Shown here piece by piece: positions 18,725 to 28,474 of a stretch of DNA of 57,899 bases. The notes beneath the pieces are model-generated. The model was given only the letters and a program-made list of their open reading frames with translations. It did not search any database and was not told the DNA's origin. Position 1 is the stretch's first letter. Every line of letters starts with the position of its first letter. Origin of the DNA: Pseudomonas phage PaMx25; the sequence record NC_041953.1; one strand, 5' to 3'. The translations under genes and the position numbers were made by a program.

Positions 18725-19720
18725 ATGGCTTATCAAACTGGCACATCGAGCGACGTCAATGACCTTCTGGACAAGTTTCGTCTGTTCGCTATCGCGCAGG
18801 GCTGGACGGCTAACCGCTGGGCAACCGTCGGATCTGGTCGCGAACTGTGCATTCAGAAAGGCTCCGCTTATTTCAACTTCAGGAGCTGGAGTAACGAGAC
18901 GATGCTGGTCAATGGCACCAGTACCGCCAGCAAATATGGCATCACTCTGAATGGATCTGACGGTTACGCTGCGGGCAATGCCTGGGACAAGCAACCGGGC
19001 TATCCTGTTCGAGGGACGACACCGAACGAACAATCTTGTGTTCTATTCCCGCTTGTAACCACAACGGGGCCCTTTCCCGCCTATCATTTCTTCGCGCCCG
19101 ATTCGAAGACGTTGTATGCGGAAGTCGAGATTACGACGGGTTCGTTCATGCGCTTCGGTTGCGGATCATTGGATCTGTTCAACCCCGCTGCGCCGGGAGG
19201 AGGGCGATTCTGTTATGCAGTCTGCGGCCATCACGTCACAAACTCCACATCATCCACAAACTGGCTAGGCGCCGATATGGATAACAGCAATTACGCGCTG
19301 GAGTTCGTACCTTTCAGAGGCGCGGATTATTCTTCGAGTAACTCAGGTTATTCTTACGGTTCAATGGTGAGAGCAGCCTTCGGTTCCTTCGACAACTGGG
19401 CAGGGTCTGGCCGTACTGTGGCGACTGCCGGTCTGCGGATGGCCTGCCAGGGCGGAGGGTGTCACGACAAGGTGCTGCGCGATTACAGCCCAAACCCTCT
19501 GAACGGAATAGGGCTTCTGCTTCCAAACATTGTCAGCTTGAATATCGGTGACGAATACTTGTCACCGATAGGGTCTGTGCCGGGCATTCGTTACATGGAC
19601 ATGACAAACTATCTGCCGGGCGATGAATTCACTATCGGATCCGATACTTGGAAGGTGTTCCCGTGGTACGCTAAGGGCGGCATCGGATACAACCGCGGCA
19701 TCGCCTATTTGAAGGTGTAA
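18725..19720 (+). CDS. tail/baseplate protein (paralog B)
   Basis: 331 aa; paralogous to 17199-18713 (KQPG...PNEQS...FxFG block). Confidence 0.45.
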   Translation: MAYQTGTSSDVNDLLDKFRLFAIAQGWTANRWATVGSGRELCIQKGSAYFNFRSWSNETMLVNGTSTASKYGITLNGSDGYAAGNAWDKQPGYPVRGTTPNEQSCVLFPLVTTTGPFPAYHFFAPDSKTLYAEVEITTGSFMRFGCGSLDLFNPAAPGGGRFCYAVCGHHVTNSTSSTNWLGADMDNSNYALEFVPFRGADYSSSNSGYSYGSMVRAAFGSFDNWAGSGRTVATAGLRMACQGGGCHDKVLRDYSPNPLNGIGLLLPNIVSLNIGDEYLSPIGSVPGIRYMDMTNYLPGDEFTIGSDTWKVFPWYAKGGIGYNRGIAYLKV

Positions 19721-19724
19721 GCAT

Positions 19725-21398
19725 ATGGCCGTCATTACGACGTATGGGCTAGTAGGCCCGCTCACCAAGATTCCGCCGTCGGTTCAGTTCAGCACGCATA
19801 TCGACGACTTCGCTCCGGTAGATAACAGTCCGCCGGTGCAGCAGTACGATCAAGCGCGCACTGGCTACGGCGCAATCACGAACAACCTGCCCATCAGTGA
19901 AGTGGCGCAGAACTTCGCAGCGGCCAAAGCCCCGTCGTTCCTCGACGACTATTACTATCGCGTCCATATCAAGCCGGGCATTATCGCGCTGGGCAACCTG
20001 CTGTCGGCACAAGTGCGGACGGTGGAAGTGTGGTCAGCCTACTTCGATCCTAAGCTGCTGTCCTCGCTCACGCAGGCTGGTTCCGAAGGCATCACGCTGA
20101 CCCAGCCTGAGACGCCTCCGACGTACTTCGCGGCGCTTGAGTCCCGCACTTACACGCTGAGCGTCAGCACGAACGGCCCGCCGATCGTTGATGCGATCTA
20201 TACATTCCATTTCCCGGACGAATCCCCGACACTGCAAATCACCGGGCGGCGTGTGGTGCTGTGGCCTTTCGTTCCTGATACAGGGTACGACGAGACCATG
20301 TCGTGGAAAACCGACATCATCGATAGCTTCAACAACGAACAGCGGCTCGCATTGCGGGATGCACCTCGCCAGGCGTTCTCACACAAGTTCCTTCTGGACG
20401 AGGCGCAGTTCAGCCGCGCGAAAGCGATCAGCACACAATGGGCACACCGAGTCTATGGCATCGCTGTATGGGCAGAAGTGACCCCGCTACTCAACGGACT
20501 CACTGCGGGCGCGACCTTCATCCCGTTCGATACCGCGAACGCAGACTATCGAGACGATGATTTGATCCTGCTGTGGGTATCCGACACACAGCTCACCGCG
20601 CTCGAGATCACCACAGTTACGCCGACAGGTGTCAATCTGAAGCTACCGCTGGAAACGAACTGGCCCAAGTGCTATGTCGCTCCGCTGCGCTTTGCGCGCA
20701 CCTTCAGCGGTATCGATTACAAGCGCAGTTCGAACCGCTATATCACCGCGAGCGGTGTATTCGAAGTCACGCAGAACAAAGACCTGGGCGACAACGGTGC
20801 CTATCCGCTGTATCGGGGCAAGCCCGTTCTCACGGATCGTTCCGCTGTCGTTAGTGATCTCAGCGAACGCATTGCTCGTACGATCGACATCTTCGACAAC
20901 GGGTCGGGCCCGATTCAAGTGGATACCGCGACGAATTGGGTGCGCCACATGCAGACGATCGGGTTCATCAAGAACACCCGTGCAGGCATCTGGGCGCTCC
21001 GCAAGTGGATTCATGCGCGCCGTGGTAAGCAACGCGCGTTCTGGCTGCCGTCCTGGAACACCGACCTGATCATCCTGGAGAACGTGGCAAGCACTGCAAG
21101 CGCCATCACCGTATCACCCATCGGATATCCGCTCTATTACGGGGTGAAAGATATCATGGTGCAACTGAAGAACGGGACGCGGGTATTCGCTCGCGTTACT
21201 TCAGGAAGCACGAACGGGGACGGCAACGAGGTTCTCACCCTTTCTGCTCAAATTGGTGCCACATTTGCAACGACCGATATTGATTTCGTATGCTTTATGT
21301 CGCACGCACGATTTGACAGCGATCAGGTCGTTTTCAGCCACAAAGACGTGGGCCAAGTAGCTGCCACGATCGCCATTGCGGAGACGCCTGAATCATGA
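19725..21398 (+). CDS. putative distal tail protein
   Basis: 557 aa between tape measure-proximal genes and the BR0599-like hub; synteny with GTA g12 / lambda M-L position. Confidence 0.4.
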   Translation: MAVITTYGLVGPLTKIPPSVQFSTHIDDFAPVDNSPPVQQYDQARTGYGAITNNLPISEVAQNFAAAKAPSFLDDYYYRVHIKPGIIALGNLLSAQVRTVEVWSAYFDPKLLSSLTQAGSEGITLTQPETPPTYFAALESRTYTLSVSTNGPPIVDAIYTFHFPDESPTLQITGRRVVLWPFVPDTGYDETMSWKTDIIDSFNNEQRLALRDAPRQAFSHKFLLDEAQFSRAKAISTQWAHRVYGIAVWAEVTPLLNGLTAGATFIPFDTANADYRDDDLILLWVSDTQLTALEITTVTPTGVNLKLPLETNWPKCYVAPLRFARTFSGIDYKRSSNRYITASGVFEVTQNKDLGDNGAYPLYRGKPVLTDRSAVVSDLSERIARTIDIFDNGSGPIQVDTATNWVRHMQTIGFIKNTRAGIWALRKWIHARRGKQRAFWLPSWNTDLIILENVASTASAITVSPIGYPLYYGVKDIMVQLKNGTRVFARVTSGSTNGDGNEVLTLSAQIGATFATTDIDFVCFMSHARFDSDQVVFSHKDVGQVAATIAIAETPES

Positions 21399-22204
21399 CT
21401 TATAGCGCCTATGAAGACTCACTAGAAACAGGAACCCCGATTGAGCTCTACGAGTTCATTCAGGGCATCCAGCGCTGGAACTATGTGAGCGGCGCGAACG
21501 AGATCATCAGGCTGGGGCAGACCTTCACTCCGTCACCTGTGAAGCGCGATAGCGTGAAACAGACGACGGACACGTTCAAAGACTCCATCAAGCTGGTATT
21601 TCCCCGTGACGATGCGTTCGCTTCGCAGTACCTCGCGTTCGCGCCTGAAGACGTGACCACAGTAACGATCTATCGCGGCCACTACGGTGACCCCGACAAT
21701 CAATTCATCGTCTATTGGAAGGGTCGTGTCGTAGGTGCCAAGACCAGTGGAAACCAGATTGAGGTTCAGTGTGAGTCCGTCTTCACCTCGATCAAGCGCC
21801 CTGGCTTGCGTGCTCGCTTCGAATACGGGTGCAGGCGCACGCTGTACCTGAAGGGCTGCAATGTGAATCGCGAGCTCTACAAGCACGAGGGCGCTGTGCT
21901 GTCGATTGCGGGCGGGCTGGTCGTTACTGTAGCCGGCGCAGCATTGCAGCCCGACGGGTACTACACAGGGGGCATGATCGTCGCCCCAGACGGCAGCTCG
22001 CGCTTCCTTACCGCCCACACAGGGGACACCGTTACAATGGCGCGCCCCATGGCGAGTCTTGTGGGCGGTCAGACTGTTGCAATCTACCCCGGCTGCGATC
22101 ACCTGAAAGAGACCTGCAACAATAAATTCAACAACCTGAACAACTTCGGCGGGTTCCCTTGGATTCCATCCAAGAATCCGTACGGCGGTTCGTCTATCGC
22201 TTAG
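21395..22204 (+). CDS. tail hub protein, DUF2163 / phage BR0599-like
   Basis: C-terminal YPGCDHLKETCNNKFNNLNNFGGFPWIP resembles the conserved Cys/NFGGFP end of the BR0599 family (GTA g13-like); ATGA overlap upstream. Confidence 0.5.
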   Translation: MTYSAYEDSLETGTPIELYEFIQGIQRWNYVSGANEIIRLGQTFTPSPVKRDSVKQTTDTFKDSIKLVFPRDDAFASQYLAFAPEDVTTVTIYRGHYGDPDNQFIVYWKGRVVGAKTSGNQIEVQCESVFTSIKRPGLRARFEYGCRRTLYLKGCNVNRELYKHEGAVLSIAGGLVVTVAGAALQPDGYYTGGMIVAPDGSSRFLTAHTGDTVTMARPMASLVGGQTVAIYPGCDHLKETCNNKFNNLNNFGGFPWIPSKNPYGGSSIA

Positions 22205-22213
22205 GAGACCGAT

Positions 22214-22447
22214 ATGGCATGGGTCTATGCAATCGTGTTCATCGTCGCGCTGGTCGTCAGCTATGCGATGATGCCCAAGCCCGAAACCCGTCCGCCCGCA
22301 GGGTTGGACGAGATTCAGGCGCCAACTGCTGAAGTAGGCCGGGAGATTCCAGTGCTGTTTGGCACCAGAAAGATGGACGGCCCGAACGTCGTCTGGTACG
22401 GGGATCTTCGAACTGTGCCTATCAAGAGCAAGGGAGGCAAGAAGTGA
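22214..22447 (+). CDS. tail assembly protein, lambda gpI C-terminal domain-like
   Basis: TM helix then IPVLFGTRKMDGPNVVWYGDL, comparable to lambda gpI C-terminus (LPVLYGEMRVGSRVV); the N-terminal ubiquitin-like half of gpI is absent. Confidence 0.45.
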   Translation: MAWVYAIVFIVALVVSYAMMPKPETRPPAGLDEIQAPTAEVGREIPVLFGTRKMDGPNVVWYGDLRTVPIKSKGGKK

Positions 22448-22647
22448 CGACCCCTGTCATCGTTCGCATGGAACACTGCCGCGAGCTGCGCTATTGCGCG
22501 CGGGGAGTTCGAGAGCTGTTCGCACGGTACGGCCTGGACTATACCGATTTCTTGAACAACGGCATCGATTCCGACAAGCTGCTGGAAGCAACAGACAACG
22601 ACGGAATGGCGCTTGCAGCAGTGGAGGTGGCTCGTGGGCGGAAGTAG
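22444..22647 (+). CDS. hypothetical small protein
   Basis: GTG start with GGGAGG RBS 8 nt upstream, GTGA overlap with previous stop; overlaps the J-like start. Confidence 0.35.
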   Translation: MTTPVIVRMEHCRELRYCARGVRELFARYGLDYTDFLNNGIDSDKLLEATDNDGMALAAVEVARGRK

Positions 22648-24811
22648 CAAATCAGTCACAGTCGGATATAAGTATTATCTCGGGATGCACATGGTCTTCT
22701 GTCATGGCCCGATCGATAAAATCATCCGAATCGACTTTGATGACAAGACTGCATGGACGGGCAACGCGACCGGCGGTCAGATCACGATCTCCGCGGAGAA
22801 CCTGTTCGGCGGCCAGAAGCGCGAGGGAGGTGTGTCCGGCGCGGTGGATATCGACATGGGCGGTGACGCGCAGACGCCTAACAGCTACCTCGTGAGCAAG
22901 CTGGGCGCGCTGGTGCCTGGGTTCCGAGGTGTGGTCAGCGCTGTGTTCCGCCAAGTCTATCTAGGCATGAACCCATATCTGAAACGCCCGTCGTTCTGGG
23001 GCCAGCGGATACTGGTGCGCCAGAACGGAATTGCTCAATGGTACAGCGCGAAAGCTGCTATCGGGCAAGACATGAATCCGGCGCACATCATTCGCGAGTG
23101 CCTCACCGACCCGGATTGGGGCATGGGCTACCCTGAAGCAGACGTGGATGACACAGCATTCCAAGCTGCCGCTGATCAGATGTTCAGTGAGGGCATGGGC
23201 ATGTCCATTCTGTGGGACAAGTCCGTGACGTTGGAAGAATTCATTCAGGAGGTGCTCAAGCACATCGATGGCTCCTTGTTCGTTGATCGCACCTCAGGAA
23301 AGTTCGTTCTGAAGCTGGCGCGCGGCGGGTATGATGTGAATTCGTTGCTGGTGCTGGACGAGTCCTCCGTCGATAAGATTTCGGACTTCAAGCGTAACAC
23401 CATAGGAGAGCTGATCAACTCGGTGACTGTTGTCTATTGGGACGCCAGCACAGGTAAGAACAACTCCGTCACGGTGCAGGACATCGCGCTTGCAGCGCAG
23501 CAGCAGTCCGTCGTGAGTACGACGAAGCAGTTCCCAGGCTTCACGAATGGCACCATCGCCACTAAGGTGGCAGCACGGTCGTTGAAGGCGCTGTCAGTCC
23601 CGCTTGCCAGTGGCACCATCTACGCCAACCGCAAAGCGGCATCGCTGAACATCGGTGACGTCTTTGTGCTCAGCTGGCCTCGCTACGGGATCAGCCAGCT
23701 TGTCATGCGAGTGGCGAACGTAGAGCTGGGCGCACTGGACAGCAACGTCGTCAAGATCAGTGCAGTGGAGGACGTGTTCGCACTGTCGAGCGCCATCTAT
23801 GCGCCTCCGCCCCCGAGCGGCTGGACGGATCCGAACAACGCGCCGTCCGCTTGCCCGTACCATTGCGTGATTGAGGCGCCGTTCTGGGAACTATGCCAGC
23901 GCATGGGTGAAACCGATGCGCGTAGCATTCCGACGACAGCGGGTTTCGTGGTGGCCACAGGTGTGCGGCCTACCAGTGACGCGGGTAACGCGCAGCTCCT
24001 CACGAACCCGACGAACACTGCCTACGAGGAGGCGGGTACAGTCGATTTCTGCCCGACAGCAGTGCTCAGCGCTGCCATTACTCCGAACCAGACAGTGATT
24101 CCGATCAGCGGGGGCATTGACCTGGACATCGTCAAGCTCAACACCTATGCAATTATCGACAATGAGCTTGTCGTCGTTACCTCGATCAGTAGCTCGTCAA
24201 TGACTGTGGGACGCGGGGTGCTGGATTCCGTGCCTGTGGTGCATGCGCTCGGCGCGCGGGTGTTCTTCCCTGACGTGTATTTCGAGACGGATACTGTCGA
24301 ATACGCCACGGGCGAAGTGGCTCGAATTAAGCTGCTGCCCACTACGGCCAAGGGTACGCTGGCGGAAGGCTCCGCACCCGTGCAAACCGTCACGATTCAG
24401 GCGCGATCGTCCAAGCCTTACCCTCCGCAAAGGCTACGCATCAACACACAAGCCTATCCCGACACCGTGCGCGGGGATCAGGATATCACTGTGGCATGGG
24501 TGCATCGGGACCGCTTGCAGCAGACCGCAACTCTCGTGGATACGGAAGCAGCAAGCATCGGCCCGGAAGCGAACACGACTTACACCTGCCGCCTTCTAAC
24601 CGCTGCGGGCTCGGTACTGGTGACACATGCGGGGCTGACTGGTGTGGTCACGGACACTTTCACTCTTGCAGAGATGGGGTCCAACTATGGCAGGCTGAGG
24701 ATTCAGCTGTGGGCGGTCCGGGACGGCATCCAGAGTCTGCAGATTCATGATTGGGAATTCACTCGTTCCGGTTACGGGACTGGATATGGCTATTCTTACG
24801 GAGGTGCATAA
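22634..24811 (+). CDS. tail tip / host specificity protein (lambda gpJ-like)
   Basis: GTG 22634 preceded by GGAGGTG gives MGGSSKSVTVGYKYYLGMHMVFCHGPIDK, the canonical J-family N-terminus; 725 aa; terminal TAATG overlap with next gene. Confidence 0.75.
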   Translation: MGGSSKSVTVGYKYYLGMHMVFCHGPIDKIIRIDFDDKTAWTGNATGGQITISAENLFGGQKREGGVSGAVDIDMGGDAQTPNSYLVSKLGALVPGFRGVVSAVFRQVYLGMNPYLKRPSFWGQRILVRQNGIAQWYSAKAAIGQDMNPAHIIRECLTDPDWGMGYPEADVDDTAFQAAADQMFSEGMGMSILWDKSVTLEEFIQEVLKHIDGSLFVDRTSGKFVLKLARGGYDVNSLLVLDESSVDKISDFKRNTIGELINSVTVVYWDASTGKNNSVTVQDIALAAQQQSVVSTTKQFPGFTNGTIATKVAARSLKALSVPLASGTIYANRKAASLNIGDVFVLSWPRYGISQLVMRVANVELGALDSNVVKISAVEDVFALSSAIYAPPPPSGWTDPNNAPSACPYHCVIEAPFWELCQRMGETDARSIPTTAGFVVATGVRPTSDAGNAQLLTNPTNTAYEEAGTVDFCPTAVLSAAITPNQTVIPISGGIDLDIVKLNTYAIIDNELVVVTSISSSSMTVGRGVLDSVPVVHALGARVFFPDVYFETDTVEYATGEVARIKLLPTTAKGTLAEGSAPVQTVTIQARSSKPYPPQRLRINTQAYPDTVRGDQDITVAWVHRDRLQQTATLVDTEAASIGPEANTTYTCRLLTAAGSVLVTHAGLTGVVTDTFTLAEMGSNYGRLRIQLWAVRDGIQSLQIHDWEFTRSGYGTGYGYSYGGA

Positions 24812-25166
24812 TGCCTGCTTCAACTGAACCGCGTAGCGGACTGAGCTTCGGCTGGTCGCTTGGAGAAAACAACTGGAACACGGGGATGGACGCGAACTTG
24901 CTGTCCATCGGTCGGTTCGCTTATCACCTGTCGGTCAAGGATCGGATCTTGCGACCCCTCCGGGAAGCCCGGCAGCGGGTGACACGTATATCGTCGCAGC
25001 CTCGCCCACTGGTGCATGGGCAGGGCAAGCGGGCAAGGTGGCAATCTGGTCGGGCTCTGCCTGGGTATTCGGAACGCCGAGGATTGGCTGGGTAGCCTAT
25101 ATCGAGGACGAAGAAAAGCTCAGCGCCTACAAGGCGGCGGGCTGGTCCGTAGGGATCGCCATCTAA
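24811..25166 (+). pseudogene. DUF2793-like tail fibre-associated protein, reading frame broken (frameshift near 24948-24952)
   Basis: ATG 24811 with GGAGGTG RBS encodes ...NWNTGMDANLLSIGRFAYHLSVKDRIL in frame +1; the C-terminal DUF2793 signature PGSPAAGDTYIVAASPTGAWAGQAGKVAIWSGSAWVFGTPRIGWVAY is in the adjacent frame with no start codon; one extra G after ATCTTG would restore ...DRILATPPGSP... Confidence 0.5.
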
Positions 25167-25170
25167 ACGA

Positions 25171-25196
25171 AGCCCCGCTCAGCGGGGCTTTTTATT
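25171..25196. terminator. intrinsic terminator closing the structural module (bidirectional-like)
   Basis: AGCCCCGC-tca-GCGGGGCT stem followed by TTTTTATT on + strand; A/T run also on the other side; stop of the - strand gene lies in the loop. Confidence 0.6.
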
Positions 25197-25544
25197 GTCG
25201 ATATGAATATACACATCGACTCGATCCGTTGGAACGTACCGATAATCGACATGATACATCTGATCCCGTACTCGCGCAGGATACAGACGATAGCATTGCT
25301 TGATGAACTGCTGATAGGCGGGCTTGCCCTGCATGACCACAGCGACGTCCATCTTGCAACGCGACACCGCTTCCATGCCTGCGTTCCCTTCCTCGCCGTA
25401 AGCGGACAGGATTGGCCCAGTCTCGCTGATACGGGTCTTCGGGTCGCTATTGAACCAGGCCGCCGTGCATTGCCTGTCGCAGGCGTGCGCAGCACCAGCA
25501 AGCGCGAGCGTCGCGCTAACGATCAGTCTTGCGATGACCTTCAT
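25179..25544 (-). CDS. secreted small protein (signal peptide)
   Basis: MKVIARLIVSATLALAGAAHA | CDRQC... SPase-I type signal, 4 Cys; last gene of leftward module, convergent with tail genes. Confidence 0.45.
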   Translation of the reverse strand: MKVIARLIVSATLALAGAAHACDRQCTAAWFNSDPKTRISETGPILSAYGEEGNAGMEAVSRCKMDVAVVMQGKPAYQQFIKQCYRLYPARVRDQMYHVDYRYVPTDRVDVYIHIDNKKPR

Positions 25545-25722
25545 GGCATTGCTCCTTATAGCTGCCCTCGTAGTCGGGCCAGACGCCAGTATGCACGTTC
25601 TGGCAGTACATGTCGAGTTCGAGGAGCTCGTCTTCGTAATCCATTTTTCCGACGATTCCTACCAGAAGCACGATCACGACGAGGATAGCGAGCGTGCGAA
25701 ACGGGGTGTTGGCTTTCTGCAT
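25516..25722 (-). CDS. small membrane protein
   Basis: 68 aa with one TM (LAILVVIVLLVGIVG); overlaps start of downstream gene. Confidence 0.4.
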   Translation of the reverse strand: MQKANTPFRTLAILVVIVLLVGIVGKMDYEDELLELDMYCQNVHTGVWPDYEGSYKEQCHEGHRKTDR

Positions 25723-25783
25723 TGTTTTCTCCGTGTTGAACTAAACTGTGGGCCGCGCTTTCGGGGGTACAGGCCGCGATCGG

Positions 25784-26062
25784 CTAGTGGCCCGCATGGT
25801 TGCATTGGCCACCGCACTGCGCAGCGTAGCGCGGCCAAAACAGCTCGCGATAAGCGCCTGCATTCGTGTCGAAGTGGTGCGCAATACCTTCGACGTCATG
25901 AACGAGATCTTCGTCGGTCGCGATCAGCAGTGCATCCAGCTGAAGCGGGTGCGTCATGTGTGCGTGAAGCACTTTCATGAACAGCAGGTGATCGCCCAGT
26001 GTAGTCATAGGCACGATTGCGCGGTAGCGCAGCACGATCTCTTCGACGAGGGTCTCGTCCAT
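25784..26062 (-). CDS. hypothetical protein
   Basis: ATG at 26062 (MDETLVEEIVLRYRAIVPMT...) preceded by a 27-aa upstream ORF; His-rich C-terminus. Confidence 0.4.
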   Translation of the reverse strand: MDETLVEEIVLRYRAIVPMTTLGDHLLFMKVLHAHMTHPLQLDALLIATDEDLVHDVEGIAHHFDTNAGAYRELFWPRYAAQCGGQCNHAGH

Positions 26063-26245
26063 TTTAGACTCCAAGAATGATGTGAAGGTTATGCAGCCAG
26101 ATCCAGGCGTCGAAGACGCATAGAGCTGTGAAGGTAATCGAGTTCATATCCGTCTCCTTTCCTAGTACGTGATGCAACTGTAGGACACTTCTTGAGCAGA
26201 TGCAAGCACAGAAAATGGGCTTGCCGGCAAAATCCGAAGGCCCAT

Positions 26246-28423
26246 CTAATCAACCTGATATCCAATGGCCTTCAGGATCTTCTCGCACTCCTGTTCATAC
26301 CACTCAAAATCGACGTCGGCAGGGAACTCGTCTGGCAAGTCCATCATGGGCTTAGCACCTTCCGAGCGGGGCACCTTGTTCCCGTTCGTTGCATAGACGA
26401 TCTCACCCTGCACCCCGACGGCGTAGTACCATCGGATTGACTTGCCCAGGTACTCAGTCAGGCCTGGTTTGGATAGCTCGTCCCAGGCCGCCTTGTACGC
26501 GCGTTCGGTGTTCATTGCAGCGCGCCCGATGGTGTCGCCTTCCCTGACCCAGCTATCTTTCGAGAAGGGCACGAACCCCGCCAGCTTCAGAAGCTCCTCC
26601 TGCGAACTGTGCGCGGGAGGCGGAATGCGATCCCACACCTTGACCGCGCCACCCTTCACGCTGCGCACGGACACGAACTTCGTGATGTCCTTGCACCCGC
26701 GCACTGTGGTCATGATCGGTACGTTCTTCGTCAGCAGCGCCTCCACAGCTTCCACGCAGATCGTATTCGTCGGGTTCTTGTGCAGGCGCTCAGCCATGTT
26801 CTTCTTGCTCGCCCACGGGTTGGCATAGGCGCCCTTACACTTCGTGGAACCGTCCTCCTTGACTGCGATGTAGTTATTCACGTCACGAGAATAGAGCGAC
26901 TTGTAGATGGTGCCCTCGGTCTGGAACCCTGTGTCCTGCTCCCATTGAGCGATGATCTGGTCCATGACGTGCTGCCCCTTGCGCGGGCACTTGATCACGA
27001 TGCCGTCCGTGTTCGCACTGACCACATGGATTCCAGCAAGCTCCAAGCGCTCGATCAGCATCAGTAGGCTTAGCTGGCCGGTCACTGTCACTTGGATCAG
27101 CAGGTCGGGTGAGTAGAGGATTGAATACTTGCTGCCCAGCTTACCGAACGACCCGTTGATCGTAATCTTGAGCGAGTCGGCTGTCACCTTGTCGCCACGC
27201 TCCTTGGCTGCAATACGTCGATCAACGATGTTCTTATACACGTGAAGGAACGTCGGGCCTAGGTGATGTGGGTACAGGCCGAGGTTCAAGATGATGAACG
27301 GGTAGTACGACGTGACGTCCTTGTCGATCAGGATGTAATTCTCGTCGCTGTGGTGCGCGGCCGTGCTTTCGCTACTGTGCAGACCGCCAATGCCCATGCG
27401 ATACACGCTGCCGTTGATATCAAGCTGGAGCGCCTTAATCTCTTCAGGCATGCCGATGGAACCAGTCTCATCCACAAGGAAGTTCGCATTCGCAACGACA
27501 CTCAGGGCCCAGTTCATCAGCTGCGACTGGTAGCGAATGAAGTGTGGCACCCTGTAGCGGTACGCTGTGCCCACCTCAATGACGGGCTTCTCTGGCCTGC
27601 GCCCCATGCGACGGGTCATCTCTTCCGCGATTACAGATTCGGCGATCTGTGCGTCGGACTTGCTGCGAAGGTCAATGCCGGTTTCATTCGATAGCGTAGT
27701 GCGCAGATCCAGGTGATCCCGCAAGCACTCATGAAGGAACGCGGTACTCGTTAAGTCGCTGTTGATGTTGTACCAGCGCACGCAGGCGATCTGTTCAGGG
27801 CTGAGCACGGTGTCAGGGTGGAACGGCAAGTCTTGCATTCGTGGAACGTGCAGACGGCCACCGTAGATCTTCAGGCTGGCGCGGAGCGGAGCCACCTCGA
27901 TCAGGTCAATGTGGTCAATCTTAACGCCCTTCACCTTGTATTGCTTCATCACGTCGGACCCGCGCCAACCTTCCAGAATGATCTGGTTCGTTGCACGCTT
28001 CAGCAATGCGTTCGGCTTACCCGCAAGCGCAAGGAATGTGATCGGTAAGTCGTACGACAGGGAGTTGAACCCGACGGTCGTGGTGTTTTCCAGTACCCAG
28101 CGCAGTTTCCCGACGTCAAGCGGGTGCCCATCATACATCTCGAAGAACACTGCTTTGCCTGTGGCGAGCGAGCGGAACGAGGCGATGAAATAGTTCTCAT
28201 AACACTCGATGTCGAACAGCAGCCTGTCGCGGGTCATTGCAGCGTGCAACACCTCCGCGTCGTTCATCACAAGCACGGGGAAGCGCAGAGCTTCTTCTAG
28301 CCCGGGCAGGTAGTCCGGGCGTAACCACACAGGGTCTGGCGGTGTGCGTTTGGCCTTCTCGGCCTTCTCCTTGGGAGGTGGCGGTCGATCCTCCCAGAAC
28401 AGTCCTAGAGCGTCAGCTCGCAT
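26246..28423 (-). CDS. family B DNA polymerase with 3'-5' exonuclease
   Basis: Exo I FDIECYENYF; pol motif A ILIDKDVTSYYPFII; motif B KITINGSFGKLG (Kx3NSxYG); motif C SANTDGI; GAGGA RBS. Confidence 0.8.
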   Translation of the reverse strand: MRADALGLFWEDRPPPPKEKAEKAKRTPPDPVWLRPDYLPGLEEALRFPVLVMNDAEVLHAAMTRDRLLFDIECYENYFIASFRSLATGKAVFFEMYDGHPLDVGKLRWVLENTTTVGFNSLSYDLPITFLALAGKPNALLKRATNQIILEGWRGSDVMKQYKVKGVKIDHIDLIEVAPLRASLKIYGGRLHVPRMQDLPFHPDTVLSPEQIACVRWYNINSDLTSTAFLHECLRDHLDLRTTLSNETGIDLRSKSDAQIAESVIAEEMTRRMGRRPEKPVIEVGTAYRYRVPHFIRYQSQLMNWALSVVANANFLVDETGSIGMPEEIKALQLDINGSVYRMGIGGLHSSESTAAHHSDENYILIDKDVTSYYPFIILNLGLYPHHLGPTFLHVYKNIVDRRIAAKERGDKVTADSLKITINGSFGKLGSKYSILYSPDLLIQVTVTGQLSLLMLIERLELAGIHVVSANTDGIVIKCPRKGQHVMDQIIAQWEQDTGFQTEGTIYKSLYSRDVNNYIAVKEDGSTKCKGAYANPWASKKNMAERLHKNPTNTICVEAVEALLTKNVPIMTTVRGCKDITKFVSVRSVKGGAVKVWDRIPPPAHSSQEELLKLAGFVPFSKDSWVREGDTIGRAAMNTERAYKAAWDELSKPGLTEYLGKSIRWYYAVGVQGEIVYATNGNKVPRSEGAKPMMDLPDEFPADVDFEWYEQECEKILKAIGYQVD

Positions 28424-28474
28424 CTTCTATCCTCATCTAAGGCCATTAAGCGGGCCGTGGCGCTGGGCTACATG

